Below, in pieces: positions 1 through 8,967 of a stretch of 64,000 bases of DNA. The translations under genes and the position numbers were made by a program. The notes beneath the pieces were generated by a model, which searched no databases, was not told where the DNA came from, and saw nothing but the letters and a program-made list of their open reading frames with translations. Within the stretch, counting starts at the first letter, position 1, and each line of letters opens with the position of its first letter. The DNA lies in contig JAKFBS010000001.1 of assembly GCA_036677065.1 (NCBI GenBank), positions 544,001-608,000 of the forward strand. The letters run 5' to 3'. Origin of the DNA: Bdellovibrio sp. Lineage in GTDB: Bacteria > Bdellovibrionota > Bdellovibrionia > Bdellovibrionales > Bdellovibrionaceae.

Positions 1-639
1 GATTTGGCAAAATGGATGCGCTTTTTTGAACGCTTCAAGGTTATTGCAATGGTTTACAATTTTAGTGATCAACGGAAAATTCTCTAACGGGACTTTAAAT
101 CTATTTGCCGTAAAAATTTGCGGCACTAAGAATAAATCAGCCGCAGTGATTTCATCGCCAAAGCAAAAAAGACCAGAATGTTTTTCTAACATTTTTTCAC
201 AAGCTGCAAGACCTGCAGTGGTCCATGAATGGATCCACTTTGTTTTTTGTTCTTCAGTAGCCGAAAAGTTTTTTTCTAAATATTGTATCGTACGTAAATT
301 ACCGTAAGCGTGGGTGTCGGCATTGATGTTTTCGCAAAACTGTTTGATCAAGGCTTTTTTATACGGGTCTTTTGAAAACAGTTGATAACTATGGGGAAAA
401 GCATCGTCTAAATATTCAACGATAGCGATGGATTGACCAATCACATTTTTTTCATGAACTAAGGTTGGTACGCCGCCCATCGGATTTAATGCGCGGTATT
501 CTGATGAATGCTGTTCGCCACCGTTATTTAGCAAATGCACGGGCTTATATTCGTAAGATAGTTTTTTAACTTCTAAGGCTAGGCGCACACGGTACGATGT
601 TGAACTTCGAAAATAATTGAAAAGCACTAATTTATCCAT
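1..639 (-). CDS. maiA: Maleylacetoacetate isomerase (GST zeta class), runs off the left edge of the window
   Basis: Not in the ORF track. Manual translation from ATG at 639: MDKLVLFNYFRSSTSYRVRLALEVKKLSYEYKPVHLLNNGGEQHSSEYRALNPMGGVPTLV...AHPFCQI; the RSSxSYRVR and LNPMGxVP motifs are zeta-GST hallmarks. Confidence 0.92.
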   Translation of the reverse strand, partial: MDKLVLFNYFRSSTSYRVRLALEVKKLSYEYKPVHLLNNGGEQHSSEYRALNPMGGVPTLVHEKNVIGQSIAIVEYLDDAFPHSYQLFSKDPYKKALIKQFCENINADTHAYGNLRTIQYLEKNFSATEEQKTKWIHSWTTAGLAACEKMLEKHSGLFCFGDEITAADLFLVPQIFTANRFKVPLENFPLITKIVNHCNNLEAFKKAHPFCQI

Positions 640-778
640 AAGGCCCTTAGTTTGGTTGGGTGTGACTAAAACTCCAACAGATGTCGCAGGTCGCCAATGT
701 GTTGCTCGACTGTAAGCCTATGGTTTTTGCGTGCAGCTCGCCAATGACAGGAGTAAGCTGGGCCTAATCGGAGGAACT

Positions 779-1354
779 ATGTTCAAAAAGTTATTAACAA
801 CAGTGTCTATGATCTTAATGGCTTCGGTAGCCCATGCTGAAATCGCTTACTCTATGCCAGCCCTTGAAGTGGGTTTCAAATTAAACACTATGGATGCCGA
901 CACTTCGACATCGAACAAACAATCCAACGCATTTCAGGGCGGTGGTTCGATTGTTTTTGATTTTGGTGACAGCGGATTTGGTCTAAAAACAGGTTTAATG
1001 TATTCAGAACGTACTTTTAAAAATGAATTTAATATTGGTCTTACTACGCAAGAGGGTAAAATCACTTATTTCGATATTCCGTTACAAGTGATGTTTAAAT
1101 TTGAAGATTATGCCGGAATCTACTTCGGTCCATCGTTTTCAACTAAATTAGGCGACGAATGCAAAACGAATACGGGTTCATGTACTTTAACCGATATTAA
1201 ATCATCAATTATGCCAATGACTTTCGGTGCGCAATTTAAAATGGCGGCTAACTTCGGCTTAAGTTTATTTTTTGAAACGTTTTCTGGCGAAGTGGCGCAG
1301 GGGCTTAAAGCTTCTCGCGGTGTCGGCGCCAATTTATTATTCGTATTTGACTAA
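779..1354 (+). CDS. Outer-membrane beta-barrel (porin-family) protein
   Basis: GGAGGA RBS before ATG 779, signal peptide MFKKLLTTVSMILMASVAHA, alternating beta-strand pattern, C-terminal LLFVFD. Confidence 0.75.
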   Translation: MFKKLLTTVSMILMASVAHAEIAYSMPALEVGFKLNTMDADTSTSNKQSNAFQGGGSIVFDFGDSGFGLKTGLMYSERTFKNEFNIGLTTQEGKITYFDIPLQVMFKFEDYAGIYFGPSFSTKLGDECKTNTGSCTLTDIKSSIMPMTFGAQFKMAANFGLSLFFETFSGEVAQGLKASRGVGANLLFVFD

Positions 1355-1379
1355 GCTCTAGATAAAAGGATTCGGACTC

Positions 1380-2363
1380 ATGAAATTAGCAACGCTTAAA
1401 ACTAAAAATTCTAAAGACGGTGAATTAGTTATTGTTAGCCGCGATGGCAGAAATTTTGTTTCGGCTAAAGACATTGCGCCTAATTTATTACAAGCTATAG
1501 AAAACTGGTCAGTTGTTGAACCGCAATTGAAACAACGTTACGACCAGTTAAATGGCGGAAGTGCTGCGGGCCAACAGCCAGTTTCTAGTCCTGCCATTTT
1601 TGCCTCAGTATTGCCGCGCACATGGCTTTTTGCCGATGGCTCAGCCTTTATTCATCATATTAAACTTGTACGTAAGGCGCGTAATGCGGCTTTACCTGAA
1701 ACTTTGTTAACTGTTCCTTTGATGTACCAAGCTGAAAGCGGAAGATTCTTAGATCCTATCGAAGATATTCCACAGCGCGACTTTGCTCACGGTACGGATT
1801 TTGAAGCTGAAGTCGGTGTGATCGTAGACCATGTTCCGATGGGAGTGACCCCAGAACAGGCCCTTAATCACATTAAGTTACTCGTTTTGATTAACGATGT
1901 TTCCCTGCGCGGCTTAATTCCAGAGGAGTTAGCGCAGGGGTTTGGTTTTTTTCAAAGTAAACCCAATAGCGCGTTATCTCCACTAGCACTTACAATTGAT
2001 GAATTAGGTTCGGCGTGGAAAGATGGCCGTGTGCAGTTGCCACTTAACGTGACTTATAACGGTCAATTTTTCGGTAAAGCTAATGCTAAAGAAATGCATT
2101 TTCATTTTGGTCAATTAATCGCTCACGCAGCAAAAACCCGAGATCTTGCAGCGGGCTCGTTAATCGGCAGTGGTACTGTAGCCAATGAAGATATAACTAT
2201 GGGTTCCAGCTGTTTAGCTGAAAAACGCACGTTAGAAACAATCAATAATGGTAAAGCTGAAACTCCATTTATGAAAGTTGGCGATACCGTTGAAATTGAA
2301 ATGTTCAATGACAAAGGTGAAAGTCTATTTGGCCGTATTTCACAAAAAGTGGCTCAAAGCTAG
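1380..2363 (+). CDS. fahA: Fumarylacetoacetate hydrolase family protein
   Basis: DFEAEVGV, NDVSLR, GFGFFQSKP and GSGTV motifs; close to maiA. Confidence 0.88.
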   Translation: MKLATLKTKNSKDGELVIVSRDGRNFVSAKDIAPNLLQAIENWSVVEPQLKQRYDQLNGGSAAGQQPVSSPAIFASVLPRTWLFADGSAFIHHIKLVRKARNAALPETLLTVPLMYQAESGRFLDPIEDIPQRDFAHGTDFEAEVGVIVDHVPMGVTPEQALNHIKLLVLINDVSLRGLIPEELAQGFGFFQSKPNSALSPLALTIDELGSAWKDGRVQLPLNVTYNGQFFGKANAKEMHFHFGQLIAHAAKTRDLAAGSLIGSGTVANEDITMGSSCLAEKRTLETINNGKAETPFMKVGDTVEIEMFNDKGESLFGRISQKVAQS

Positions 2364-3259
2364 TGAAGCATTTTTCGGTTCATAAGAATTTTTTTCCTGA
2401 AGCTAAAAAACTTCGTTCTGAATTTGATCAGAATTTTTCTAACCCACGCACAACAGATAATAAACGTTTTGTGTGGGATTACTGGTATTTCGAAGATCAA
2501 TACCACTTAATCAGAACACCAGCTTTTTATTATTTCACAAAAAAGATATATCAAAATTTTCACTCTCAACTTGTGCAATGGGGACGTGAAAACTTAGGCT
2601 GTCATGATATTTCGCCTCCATGGATGAGCTATTATGTCGATGGCTGTTACCAGAATTTACATTCTGATGTGCCGCATGGCCCTTGGGCTTTTGTGTATTC
2701 ATTAACGATTGATCCTAAAGCTTTTCGCGGCGGTGAAACGTTAATCATGAAACCAGATGTTTTAGATTACTGGCCAGGGTTTCAAGATCAGCAAGATCGC
2801 GAATATAAAAGTTTTGTAGACCGGGTTCCGGCTAACTTTAATCAGTTAGTCGTCTTTGACCCACGTTTTCCGCATGGGGTAACCGAAGTTAAAGGCACGC
2901 GTAATCCACAAAAAGCGCGTTTAGTGATTCATGGTTGGTTCGTAGAACCGCGCCCCTATGTGGTGGGTGGTCTGACAACGGCGCAAGTGCAAAAGCCGTT
3001 ATCAGAAGCGATGTTTGTGTTCTCAGAAGAGATTGCTAAGCTTAATCCTTCGCACGGTACAGTGTCGTTACGTTTAGAAATTTCTACAGCAGGCAATGTT
3101 GTTAGCTATCAAGAAGTCACAAACACATTGATTTCATTGGTGCATGAAGAAAAAGAAGTTCTGTACACTAAAAAATTGATGAAGAGTCTTTTTACACAGA
3201 TGCGGTTTCCGAAAGCTAAGAAAAAATCGTTTTTAACGATTCCAATTTTATTTAAATAG
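2363..3259 (+). CDS. 2OG-Fe(II) oxygenase family protein with an extra C-terminal domain
   Basis: HSD...FRGGET...PHGV...RLVIHGW facial-triad pattern; GTG start overlaps the upstream TAG. Confidence 0.75.
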   Translation: MKHFSVHKNFFPEAKKLRSEFDQNFSNPRTTDNKRFVWDYWYFEDQYHLIRTPAFYYFTKKIYQNFHSQLVQWGRENLGCHDISPPWMSYYVDGCYQNLHSDVPHGPWAFVYSLTIDPKAFRGGETLIMKPDVLDYWPGFQDQQDREYKSFVDRVPANFNQLVVFDPRFPHGVTEVKGTRNPQKARLVIHGWFVEPRPYVVGGLTTAQVQKPLSEAMFVFSEEIAKLNPSHGTVSLRLEISTAGNVVSYQEVTNTLISLVHEEKEVLYTKKLMKSLFTQMRFPKAKKKSFLTIPILFK

Positions 3260-3268
3260 AAGGTTCTT

Positions 3269-4222
3269 ATGACTCTGACCCAATTAAGTTATGTTGTAGC
3301 TGTTGATAAATATAAAAACTTTGGCCAAGCGGCAGAAAGTTGTGCGATCACACAGCCGACATTATCGATGCAGATTCAGAAGTTAGAAGAAGAACTGGGT
3401 GTGCAAATTTTTGATCGTAGTCACCAGCCGGTGAAAACGACAAAAATCGGGGCAGCGTTAGTTATTCAGGCGCGCGTAATTTTAACTGAGAGCCAACACT
3501 TTCATGAAATTATTCAAGACAGCAACGGTGAAGTTAAGGGTGAAGTGACGATTGGCGTAATTCCGACGTTAGCCCCATACTTATTGCCATTATTCTTAAA
3601 AAAATTCAGTGTTAAACACCCGAATTTACAAATCCATGTTGAAGAGCTGCAAACTGAACATATCATCGAGCGTCTTAAAGCAAGTTCTTTAGATGTAGGC
3701 TTATTAGTTACACCGATTGAAGACGCAAACCTTGAATCAGTTCCTCTTTTTTATGAACCATTTATGGTTTATGCTTCTGAAAAAAGTGCTTTAATGAGTA
3801 AAGCTAAAGTTCAGCAGACTGATTTAAATTCGAATGATTTATGGTTATTAACTGAAGGCCATTGTTTTCGCGATCAATCTTTAACGATTTGCCGCAACCG
3901 CAAAAAAACAACAGATATCAATCGTAATATTAAATTAGAATCTGGAAGTCTTGAAACTTTACGTCGTATGGTTGATCAAGAAACTGGTTTTACATTGTTA
4001 CCGTATTTAGCGGCTCAGGATGTCGATAATAAAAAGCAACTTAAAGAGTTTGCCTCACCAATTCCCACACGTGAAGTAAGCTTGATTTACAATGTGCATT
4101 TTAAACGTAACGCTTTTAAAGAATCTTTGATTGAGACTATTCAAAAAGCGTTACCAAAAGAGATTCATGTTACACCGGCGAAAAACACTCAGATCGTGGA
4201 TTTGCCGATGGGTAAGTCGTAA
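3269..4222 (+). CDS. oxyR: LysR-family hydrogen-peroxide sensor OxyR
   Basis: LysR HTH (FGQAAESCAITQPTLSMQIQKLEEELG) and GHCFRDQSLTIC with both redox cysteines. Confidence 0.85.
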   Translation: MTLTQLSYVVAVDKYKNFGQAAESCAITQPTLSMQIQKLEEELGVQIFDRSHQPVKTTKIGAALVIQARVILTESQHFHEIIQDSNGEVKGEVTIGVIPTLAPYLLPLFLKKFSVKHPNLQIHVEELQTEHIIERLKASSLDVGLLVTPIEDANLESVPLFYEPFMVYASEKSALMSKAKVQQTDLNSNDLWLLTEGHCFRDQSLTICRNRKKTTDINRNIKLESGSLETLRRMVDQETGFTLLPYLAAQDVDNKKQLKEFASPIPTREVSLIYNVHFKRNAFKESLIETIQKALPKEIHVTPAKNTQIVDLPMGKS

Positions 4223-4582
4223 TTAGTTTAAATTGCCAATGCAATTCATTTTTTCTTCTAGTTCTTGATCGGCTTTTGAATTTAAGTTTCCTTGAGTAAC
4301 GCCATCCTTAGGACCTAAGTAAATCAAAAATGTATTATCTATTGGATAAGAAATTTTTAAACCTTTTTCTGGGCCATCAAGAATTTCTGCAGGAATGGCT
4401 TTATCCATTTCAGGTGAAACTAAAATTGTTTTTTCGTTCGAATCGATAAGAACGGTGTGTATATCGCCTTTGCAAAGTAAAGTGCCCGCGACAACACTGC
4501 CTACATCGCCAGTTCCCTTATCAGTTCGTGCAAATGCCGTTACGCTTGTAATTAGCAGGGCTACAGTTAAAAGTTTTTTCAT
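4223..4582 (-). CDS. Small secreted hypothetical protein
   Basis: AGAGGAG RBS, signal peptide MKKLLTVALLITSVTAFA, two Cys. Confidence 0.75.
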   Translation of the reverse strand: MKKLLTVALLITSVTAFARTDKGTGDVGSVVAGTLLCKGDIHTVLIDSNEKTILVSPEMDKAIPAEILDGPEKGLKISYPIDNTFLIYLGPKDGVTQGNLNSKADQELEEKMNCIGNLN

Positions 4583-4755
4583 AAGATTCTCCTCTTGTTA
4601 TTTGCCGGAAAGACACCATTAAGGGACCAGGCAGTTTATATGAATTTGACTAATGCAAAACTGTACCCGGGACGGCGATCAATAGAACAAATATAGAGAA
4701 CCTCAGAGTGTCTAAGGTTTTTTCATGGGCTTGAAATTGTAGGCAAAGATTACAA

Positions 4756-4779
4756 TCTAGAAACAAATTTGTTTCTAGA
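4756..4779. promoter_or_regulatory. Perfect 24-bp palindrome, candidate operator
   Basis: TCTAGAAACAAA|TTTGTTTCTAGA between divergent genes. Confidence 0.5.
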
Positions 4780-4834
4780 CTAATGGGCTAAAAATCATTT
4801 CCGTTTTTGCAAAATTGCATTCTACAATAAAGGT

Positions 4835-5644
4835 ATGGAACGAAAAGTATCAGTTTTTGAATATATGAACATAAGTTTATTCTTGCAGGACTATTATCAA
4901 TTGCAAAAATCACTGAACCAAAAATTTTCTTATGAAAATTGGTCGCAGGCTTTGGGTTTTTCGAACAAAACTTTATTGCGTATGATTGTTCAAGGTAAAA
5001 GGCAAATCACTGAAAACAGTAAAATAAAATTTCAACAAGTCATAAAGTTCAACCCATTAGAAAAAGAGTATTTTGATGTGCTCGTCGATTATAGCCAGGC
5101 AAAAAGTGCTAAACAACGCCAAGTTATTGGAAGTCGTTTAATTCAAATTCAAAGACAAACATTCATACAGGCCCAATTTTCAGCAACTAGCGAATTAGTT
5201 AAAAGTGCTTATGGGCCGATTATTTTAACTATCATTAGCTCAGTGACTGAGCCAATTTCGGCGGCTCACATTGCCGAATTACTTAAGCTAGAAACGACTC
5301 AAGTAAGTGCTGTGCTCAATGAACTAGAAATGGCTAAGGCCATTATTAAAACCAGCACTGGTTACATGGCTGAACAAACTTCTTTTAAAATTCCAGATTT
5401 ATTTGGTCACCAAAATCTTAAAACTTTTTATAAATTTTGGATTGAACAGTCTGCAAAGGCTATGGATTTGCCACCAGAGATTAGACGTTATCGTTCGTTA
5501 CAAATTCCATTGTCAAAAGATGAGTTCGAAGAAGTCGTTCACAAGGTGAACGACTTTGCGATGACATTACTTTGTCAGTTTGAAAAAAACACGATGCACG
5601 AGCGAAAAATGTATCTAATAAATACCGCTTTGTTTCCGGTTTAA
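4835..5644 (+). CDS. TIGR02147/DUF4423-type protein with N-terminal HTH-like region
   Basis: SVFEYMN..LFLQDYY...KFSYENWSQALGFSNKTLLRMIVQGKR...EKEYF N-terminus and YLINTALFPV C-terminus typical of this Bdellovibrio/Fibrobacter-expanded family. Confidence 0.8.
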   Translation: MERKVSVFEYMNISLFLQDYYQLQKSLNQKFSYENWSQALGFSNKTLLRMIVQGKRQITENSKIKFQQVIKFNPLEKEYFDVLVDYSQAKSAKQRQVIGSRLIQIQRQTFIQAQFSATSELVKSAYGPIILTIISSVTEPISAAHIAELLKLETTQVSAVLNELEMAKAIIKTSTGYMAEQTSFKIPDLFGHQNLKTFYKFWIEQSAKAMDLPPEIRRYRSLQIPLSKDEFEEVVHKVNDFAMTLLCQFEKNTMHERKMYLINTALFPV

Positions 5645-6051
5645 ACAAATAAAATTTCGACAGGAACTTGCACGTCTGGGTGTAATGATTTTTTTACAGG
5701 ACACATTTCTGCGATTTCAGGAATTCTTTTTTTGAATTCTTCTGGGATTGTATTCGGAAACTTGCAAATTGTTTTTAAAGACGCAATCCTTCTTGGTGGC
5801 GGAGTCATTACTTTTTCTGTGTAAGAAGTGGCGCCTACAATTGAGATATTTTCTTTTTCGGCATGAATAGCCACTGTCGTTAAAATACATGTTCCAAGCG
5901 CTGTAGCTACTAGGTCAGTCGGTGAAAACGTTTCGCCTAAGCCGTTATTATCTTTAGGGGCGTCAGTTTGAATTTGAGAATTTGATGGGCCGTGCGTGGC
6001 TTCGCAATGTTTTTGGCCGGTGTATTTTGAACTGATGTTTACCATATGCAT
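5641..6051 (-). CDS. OsmC family protein
   Basis: TDAPKDNNG.GETFSPTDLVATALGTC...CPVKKSLHPD with two conserved Cys. Confidence 0.9.
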   Translation of the reverse strand: MHMVNISSKYTGQKHCEATHGPSNSQIQTDAPKDNNGLGETFSPTDLVATALGTCILTTVAIHAEKENISIVGATSYTEKVMTPPPRRIASLKTICKFPNTIPEEFKKRIPEIAEMCPVKKSLHPDVQVPVEILFV

Positions 6052-6093
6052 GTACCTCTTGCTTTTGTTGTATATTCAGGTATCTGTTAAGTC

Positions 6094-6996
6094 ATGAATT
6101 TACGTACGTTGTTATCTTTATTGGCAGTGGTTTTCGTGGTTTCGGGCTGTACTCAATCTAAAGAATTAGGCAGTAAGAAAAATCCCTTTAAGTTTTATAT
6201 TGTTCCAGCCCAAGATGTTGTGGCTTTAAAAGAGCAAGGGCAAAAATTAGCGTCTTTTTTAGAAAAAGAAACGGGCATGTTTGTTCAAATCGAACTTCCG
6301 ATTAATTATATCGCTTTAGTTGAGGCGTTTGGTTCTAAGCGCGCTGATGCGGCAATTATTAATACTTTCGGATATATCTTGGCTAACGAAAAATACGGTG
6401 TTCAGGCAAGGCTTAAACTAATGAATCGTGGACGTGATGAATATTACGGGCAAATTATTGCTCGTGCAGACGGGCCTAAATCGATTAAAGAATTAAGCGG
6501 CAAAAAATTTGCTTTTGTTGATCCCGCCTCAACTTCTGGTTATTTGTTACCACTGCGGTTATTTAAACAAGAAAACGTAAAACTTAAAGAATTTATGTTT
6601 GCCGGTAAGCACGATACCGTGGTTCGCGCGGTTTACCAAAAACAAGTGGATGCGGGCGCTACATTTTACACGCCACCTGATGATGACGGTACGCCAAAAG
6701 ATGCGCGTTGGATTTTACGTACAGAATATCCTGATGTTTATGAAAAAATTAAAATCTTAAAATTAACTGGACCGATTCCGAATGATCCGGTGATTTTTAG
6801 AAAAGATATTCCTGAAGAAGTGAAGCAGAAATTCGCTGATGCTTTGATTAAATATATTAAAACTGACGAAGGTAAAAATGTTTTATTAGGTATGTATCAT
6901 ATTACTGATTTTAAAGCGGCATCTGATAAAGATTACGACCTGGTACGCAGTTACCTAAAAGACTTAGGTCAAACTGCGCAAGGCTTTATAAAATAA
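6094..6996 (+). CDS. Phosphate/phosphonate ABC substrate-binding lipoprotein (PhnD-like)
   Basis: Lipobox VSGC; FAFVDPASTSGYLLP, GKHD and IPNDP motifs. Confidence 0.88.
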   Translation: MNLRTLLSLLAVVFVVSGCTQSKELGSKKNPFKFYIVPAQDVVALKEQGQKLASFLEKETGMFVQIELPINYIALVEAFGSKRADAAIINTFGYILANEKYGVQARLKLMNRGRDEYYGQIIARADGPKSIKELSGKKFAFVDPASTSGYLLPLRLFKQENVKLKEFMFAGKHDTVVRAVYQKQVDAGATFYTPPDDDGTPKDARWILRTEYPDVYEKIKILKLTGPIPNDPVIFRKDIPEEVKQKFADALIKYIKTDEGKNVLLGMYHITDFKAASDKDYDLVRSYLKDLGQTAQGFIK

Positions 6997-7761
6997 TTAG
7001 TATTTACGAAGAAGAGCTTTCACTAAACCTTTGATATCAACTTGTTGTGGCGCATACCACATTGAAGTTAAACGAGGGTTAGCTGGACGTAATTCAATCG
7101 CTTTAGTGCTTGTTGAAATCTCTGGATTCTTTTTCATATAAAAGCGCTTAACAGTAGCGCCTTCTTCGATGCCTGCAACAACAAGATCGCCATCTTTGGC
7201 ATTCTTTTGTGAAAGCACGACAAGAAAGTCTCCATCAAAGATACCTTCATCAATCATTGAATCGCCTTCGACTTTTAAAGCAAAGTAATCGCCCGGAGAT
7301 TTCATAAAATTCACCGGTACATCAATATACTCACCTTCGTGAATGCGTTCGATAGGTGAACCGGCAGCCACGCGGCCTAAGAAAGGGATAGGAAGAACCT
7401 TCGAATCTTGTCCGTGGAGACTTTGGGAAGACTGACCAGCGAAGGAGCTCTTCGAAGGTTCTTTCACTAAATTAAGATTAGGTTGGCCCAAACGACTTGC
7501 TAAATCTTTTTGGAAGTCTCCAGCAGAGTGCAAGATTTGGATCGCGCGTTTTTGATTCTGAGGAATTAGCAAATATCCTTTTGTGCTCAGTTGTTTTAAA
7601 TAATTTTGAACTGAGTTAAAAGATGCAAAGCCAAAGTGATCACAGATCTCTTGATAAGACGGTGATACGCCTTTAGAGATCAGTTCCTGCTCAATAAATT
7701 GCAGGACTGATTTCTCTTTGGCAGTTAACGGTGGGAGGGGCGAGTTTGCATGTTTCTTCAT
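6997..7761 (-). CDS. lexA: SOS repressor LexA
   Basis: SPSYQEICDHFG winged HTH, GRVAAG cleavage site, GDSM catalytic Ser, TVKR catalytic Lys. Confidence 0.96.
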   Translation of the reverse strand: MKKHANSPLPPLTAKEKSVLQFIEQELISKGVSPSYQEICDHFGFASFNSVQNYLKQLSTKGYLLIPQNQKRAIQILHSAGDFQKDLASRLGQPNLNLVKEPSKSSFAGQSSQSLHGQDSKVLPIPFLGRVAAGSPIERIHEGEYIDVPVNFMKSPGDYFALKVEGDSMIDEGIFDGDFLVVLSQKNAKDGDLVVAGIEEGATVKRFYMKKNPEISTSTKAIELRPANPRLTSMWYAPQQVDIKGLVKALLRKY

Positions 7762-7769
7762 ACACATAA

Positions 7770-7782
7770 CTTACAGTGTAAG
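7770..7782. promoter_or_regulatory. LexA box overlapping the lexA -10 element
   Basis: Palindrome CTTAC-AGT-GTAAG (minus strand TCTTACACTGTAAGT), matching the TTAC-N3-GTAA box known for Bdellovibrio LexA; embedded in TTGACT-N18-TAAGTT-N6-ATG. Confidence 0.8.
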
Positions 7783-7807
7783 AAATGTGTAAGTCAACAG
7801 CTTATTT

Positions 7808-7996
7808 TTATAATTTTTCTTTAGGACCATGGCCTGGTTGATCTGGCAGGCTGGCCGGTTTTTTCTCACCAGAAGGCTCAGGAGCATTCACGATGTGTTT
7901 CGGCGCGGAAGAACAGTTCTGATAGAACAATAAAACAAACGGATTCGCGATGAATAACAGGGCTAACATTAAACTACTCTTTTTCGCCATTAACAT
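7808..7996 (-). CDS. Small lipoprotein-like hypothetical protein
   Basis: AAGGAG RBS; hydrophobic segment ending FYQNCS (Bdellovibrio-type lipobox); Pro/Lys-rich tail. Confidence 0.65.
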   Translation of the reverse strand: MLMAKKSSLMLALLFIANPFVLLFYQNCSSAPKHIVNAPEPSGEKKPASLPDQPGHGPKEKL

Positions 7997-8034
7997 ATCT
8001 CCTTAAACTAAAGTCTGGTCTCGGCATAAATTAC

Positions 8035-8062
8035 CTATCGGATTGCGAAAGAAAAAACCTGA
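8035..8062 (-). promoter_or_regulatory. Sigma28 (FliA)-like promoter
   Basis: Minus strand TCAGGTTT-N12-TCCGATAG upstream of the 62-aa lipoprotein gene. Confidence 0.5.
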
Positions 8063-8091
8063 GGACTTTTTTACACAGATATGGTCATATT

Positions 8092-8961
8092 TTGAGAATG
8101 CAATTCTTCAGTCTCATTTTGATCACAGTAAACTTATTTTCGATGAATGCCAGGGCGCAAGTTTCTCAGACCGAAACTGTTTCTGGTGCGGTTGTGCAAG
8201 AATCGCAAACATTATCGCAGTGGTGTGTTGAATCGCTTGGTAAATATAAAAACTATAAAGCCAAATCTAATCTTGAGAAATCTTGTGAAAAGATTTTACA
8301 AAAAAAAGGTTGCGCTTCTGTCGACGGAAAGCCAATTTTTCATCTTGATCAAAAAGGTAAAAACAACAAAGCCAAAAATATTTTAGTGATCAGTGTTATT
8401 CACGGTGATGAAATTGGTGCCGGATCGCTAGGCCGTTATTGGTTTGAGCGCGTGCAAGAAATTGATCCACGTAATAACTGGCGTATTATTCCTATAGCAA
8501 ATCCTGATGGGGCGCTTAAGAAGACTCGCACCAATGCAGCTGGTGTTGATTTGAATCGTAATTTTCCAACGGCTGACTGGGAAGCCGAAGCAACGAAATT
8601 CTGGAAAAATAAATCTCAGGGATCGGTACGTAAATTTCCTGGTGAAAAACCGGCAAGTGAACCAGAAGTGAATTGCTTAATGGATCATATCGATGAATTC
8701 AAACCACAGTTTGTAATTTCAGTACATACACCGCTGAATGTTTTAGATTATGACGGACCGAAAGTGCCGGCGCCGAATTACAGTTATTTGCCTTGGCGTC
8801 GTTTAGGAAATTTTCCGGGCAGCCTTGGAAGATATCTTTGGGTCGAACAAAAAATTCCGGTATTAACAGCTGAATTAAAACCTAATTTACCTGCAGGCAG
8901 CAAGGTATTTGATCAATTGCAAGATGTGATCGGTCAGCTTGTGCAAACCGATTTAAAATAA
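8092..8961 (+). CDS. Secreted M14 zinc carboxypeptidase (murein peptide amidase A-like)
   Basis: IHGDE, NPDG, RTNAAGVDLNRNFP, SEPE, ISVH and TAEL motifs; N-terminal signal peptide. Confidence 0.88.
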   Translation: MRMQFFSLILITVNLFSMNARAQVSQTETVSGAVVQESQTLSQWCVESLGKYKNYKAKSNLEKSCEKILQKKGCASVDGKPIFHLDQKGKNNKAKNILVISVIHGDEIGAGSLGRYWFERVQEIDPRNNWRIIPIANPDGALKKTRTNAAGVDLNRNFPTADWEAEATKFWKNKSQGSVRKFPGEKPASEPEVNCLMDHIDEFKPQFVISVHTPLNVLDYDGPKVPAPNYSYLPWRRLGNFPGSLGRYLWVEQKIPVLTAELKPNLPAGSKVFDQLQDVIGQLVQTDLK

Positions 8962-8967
8962 TTAAAA

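Noticed and set aside
26..307. 93-aa plus-strand ORF in the track
   Set aside because: Antisense to the clearly recognisable maiA frame.
4654..4669. Possible sigma54 promoter CGGGTACAGTTTTGCA on the minus strand
   Set aside because: GG-N10-GC spacing is possible but the -24 element matches TGGCAC poorly.
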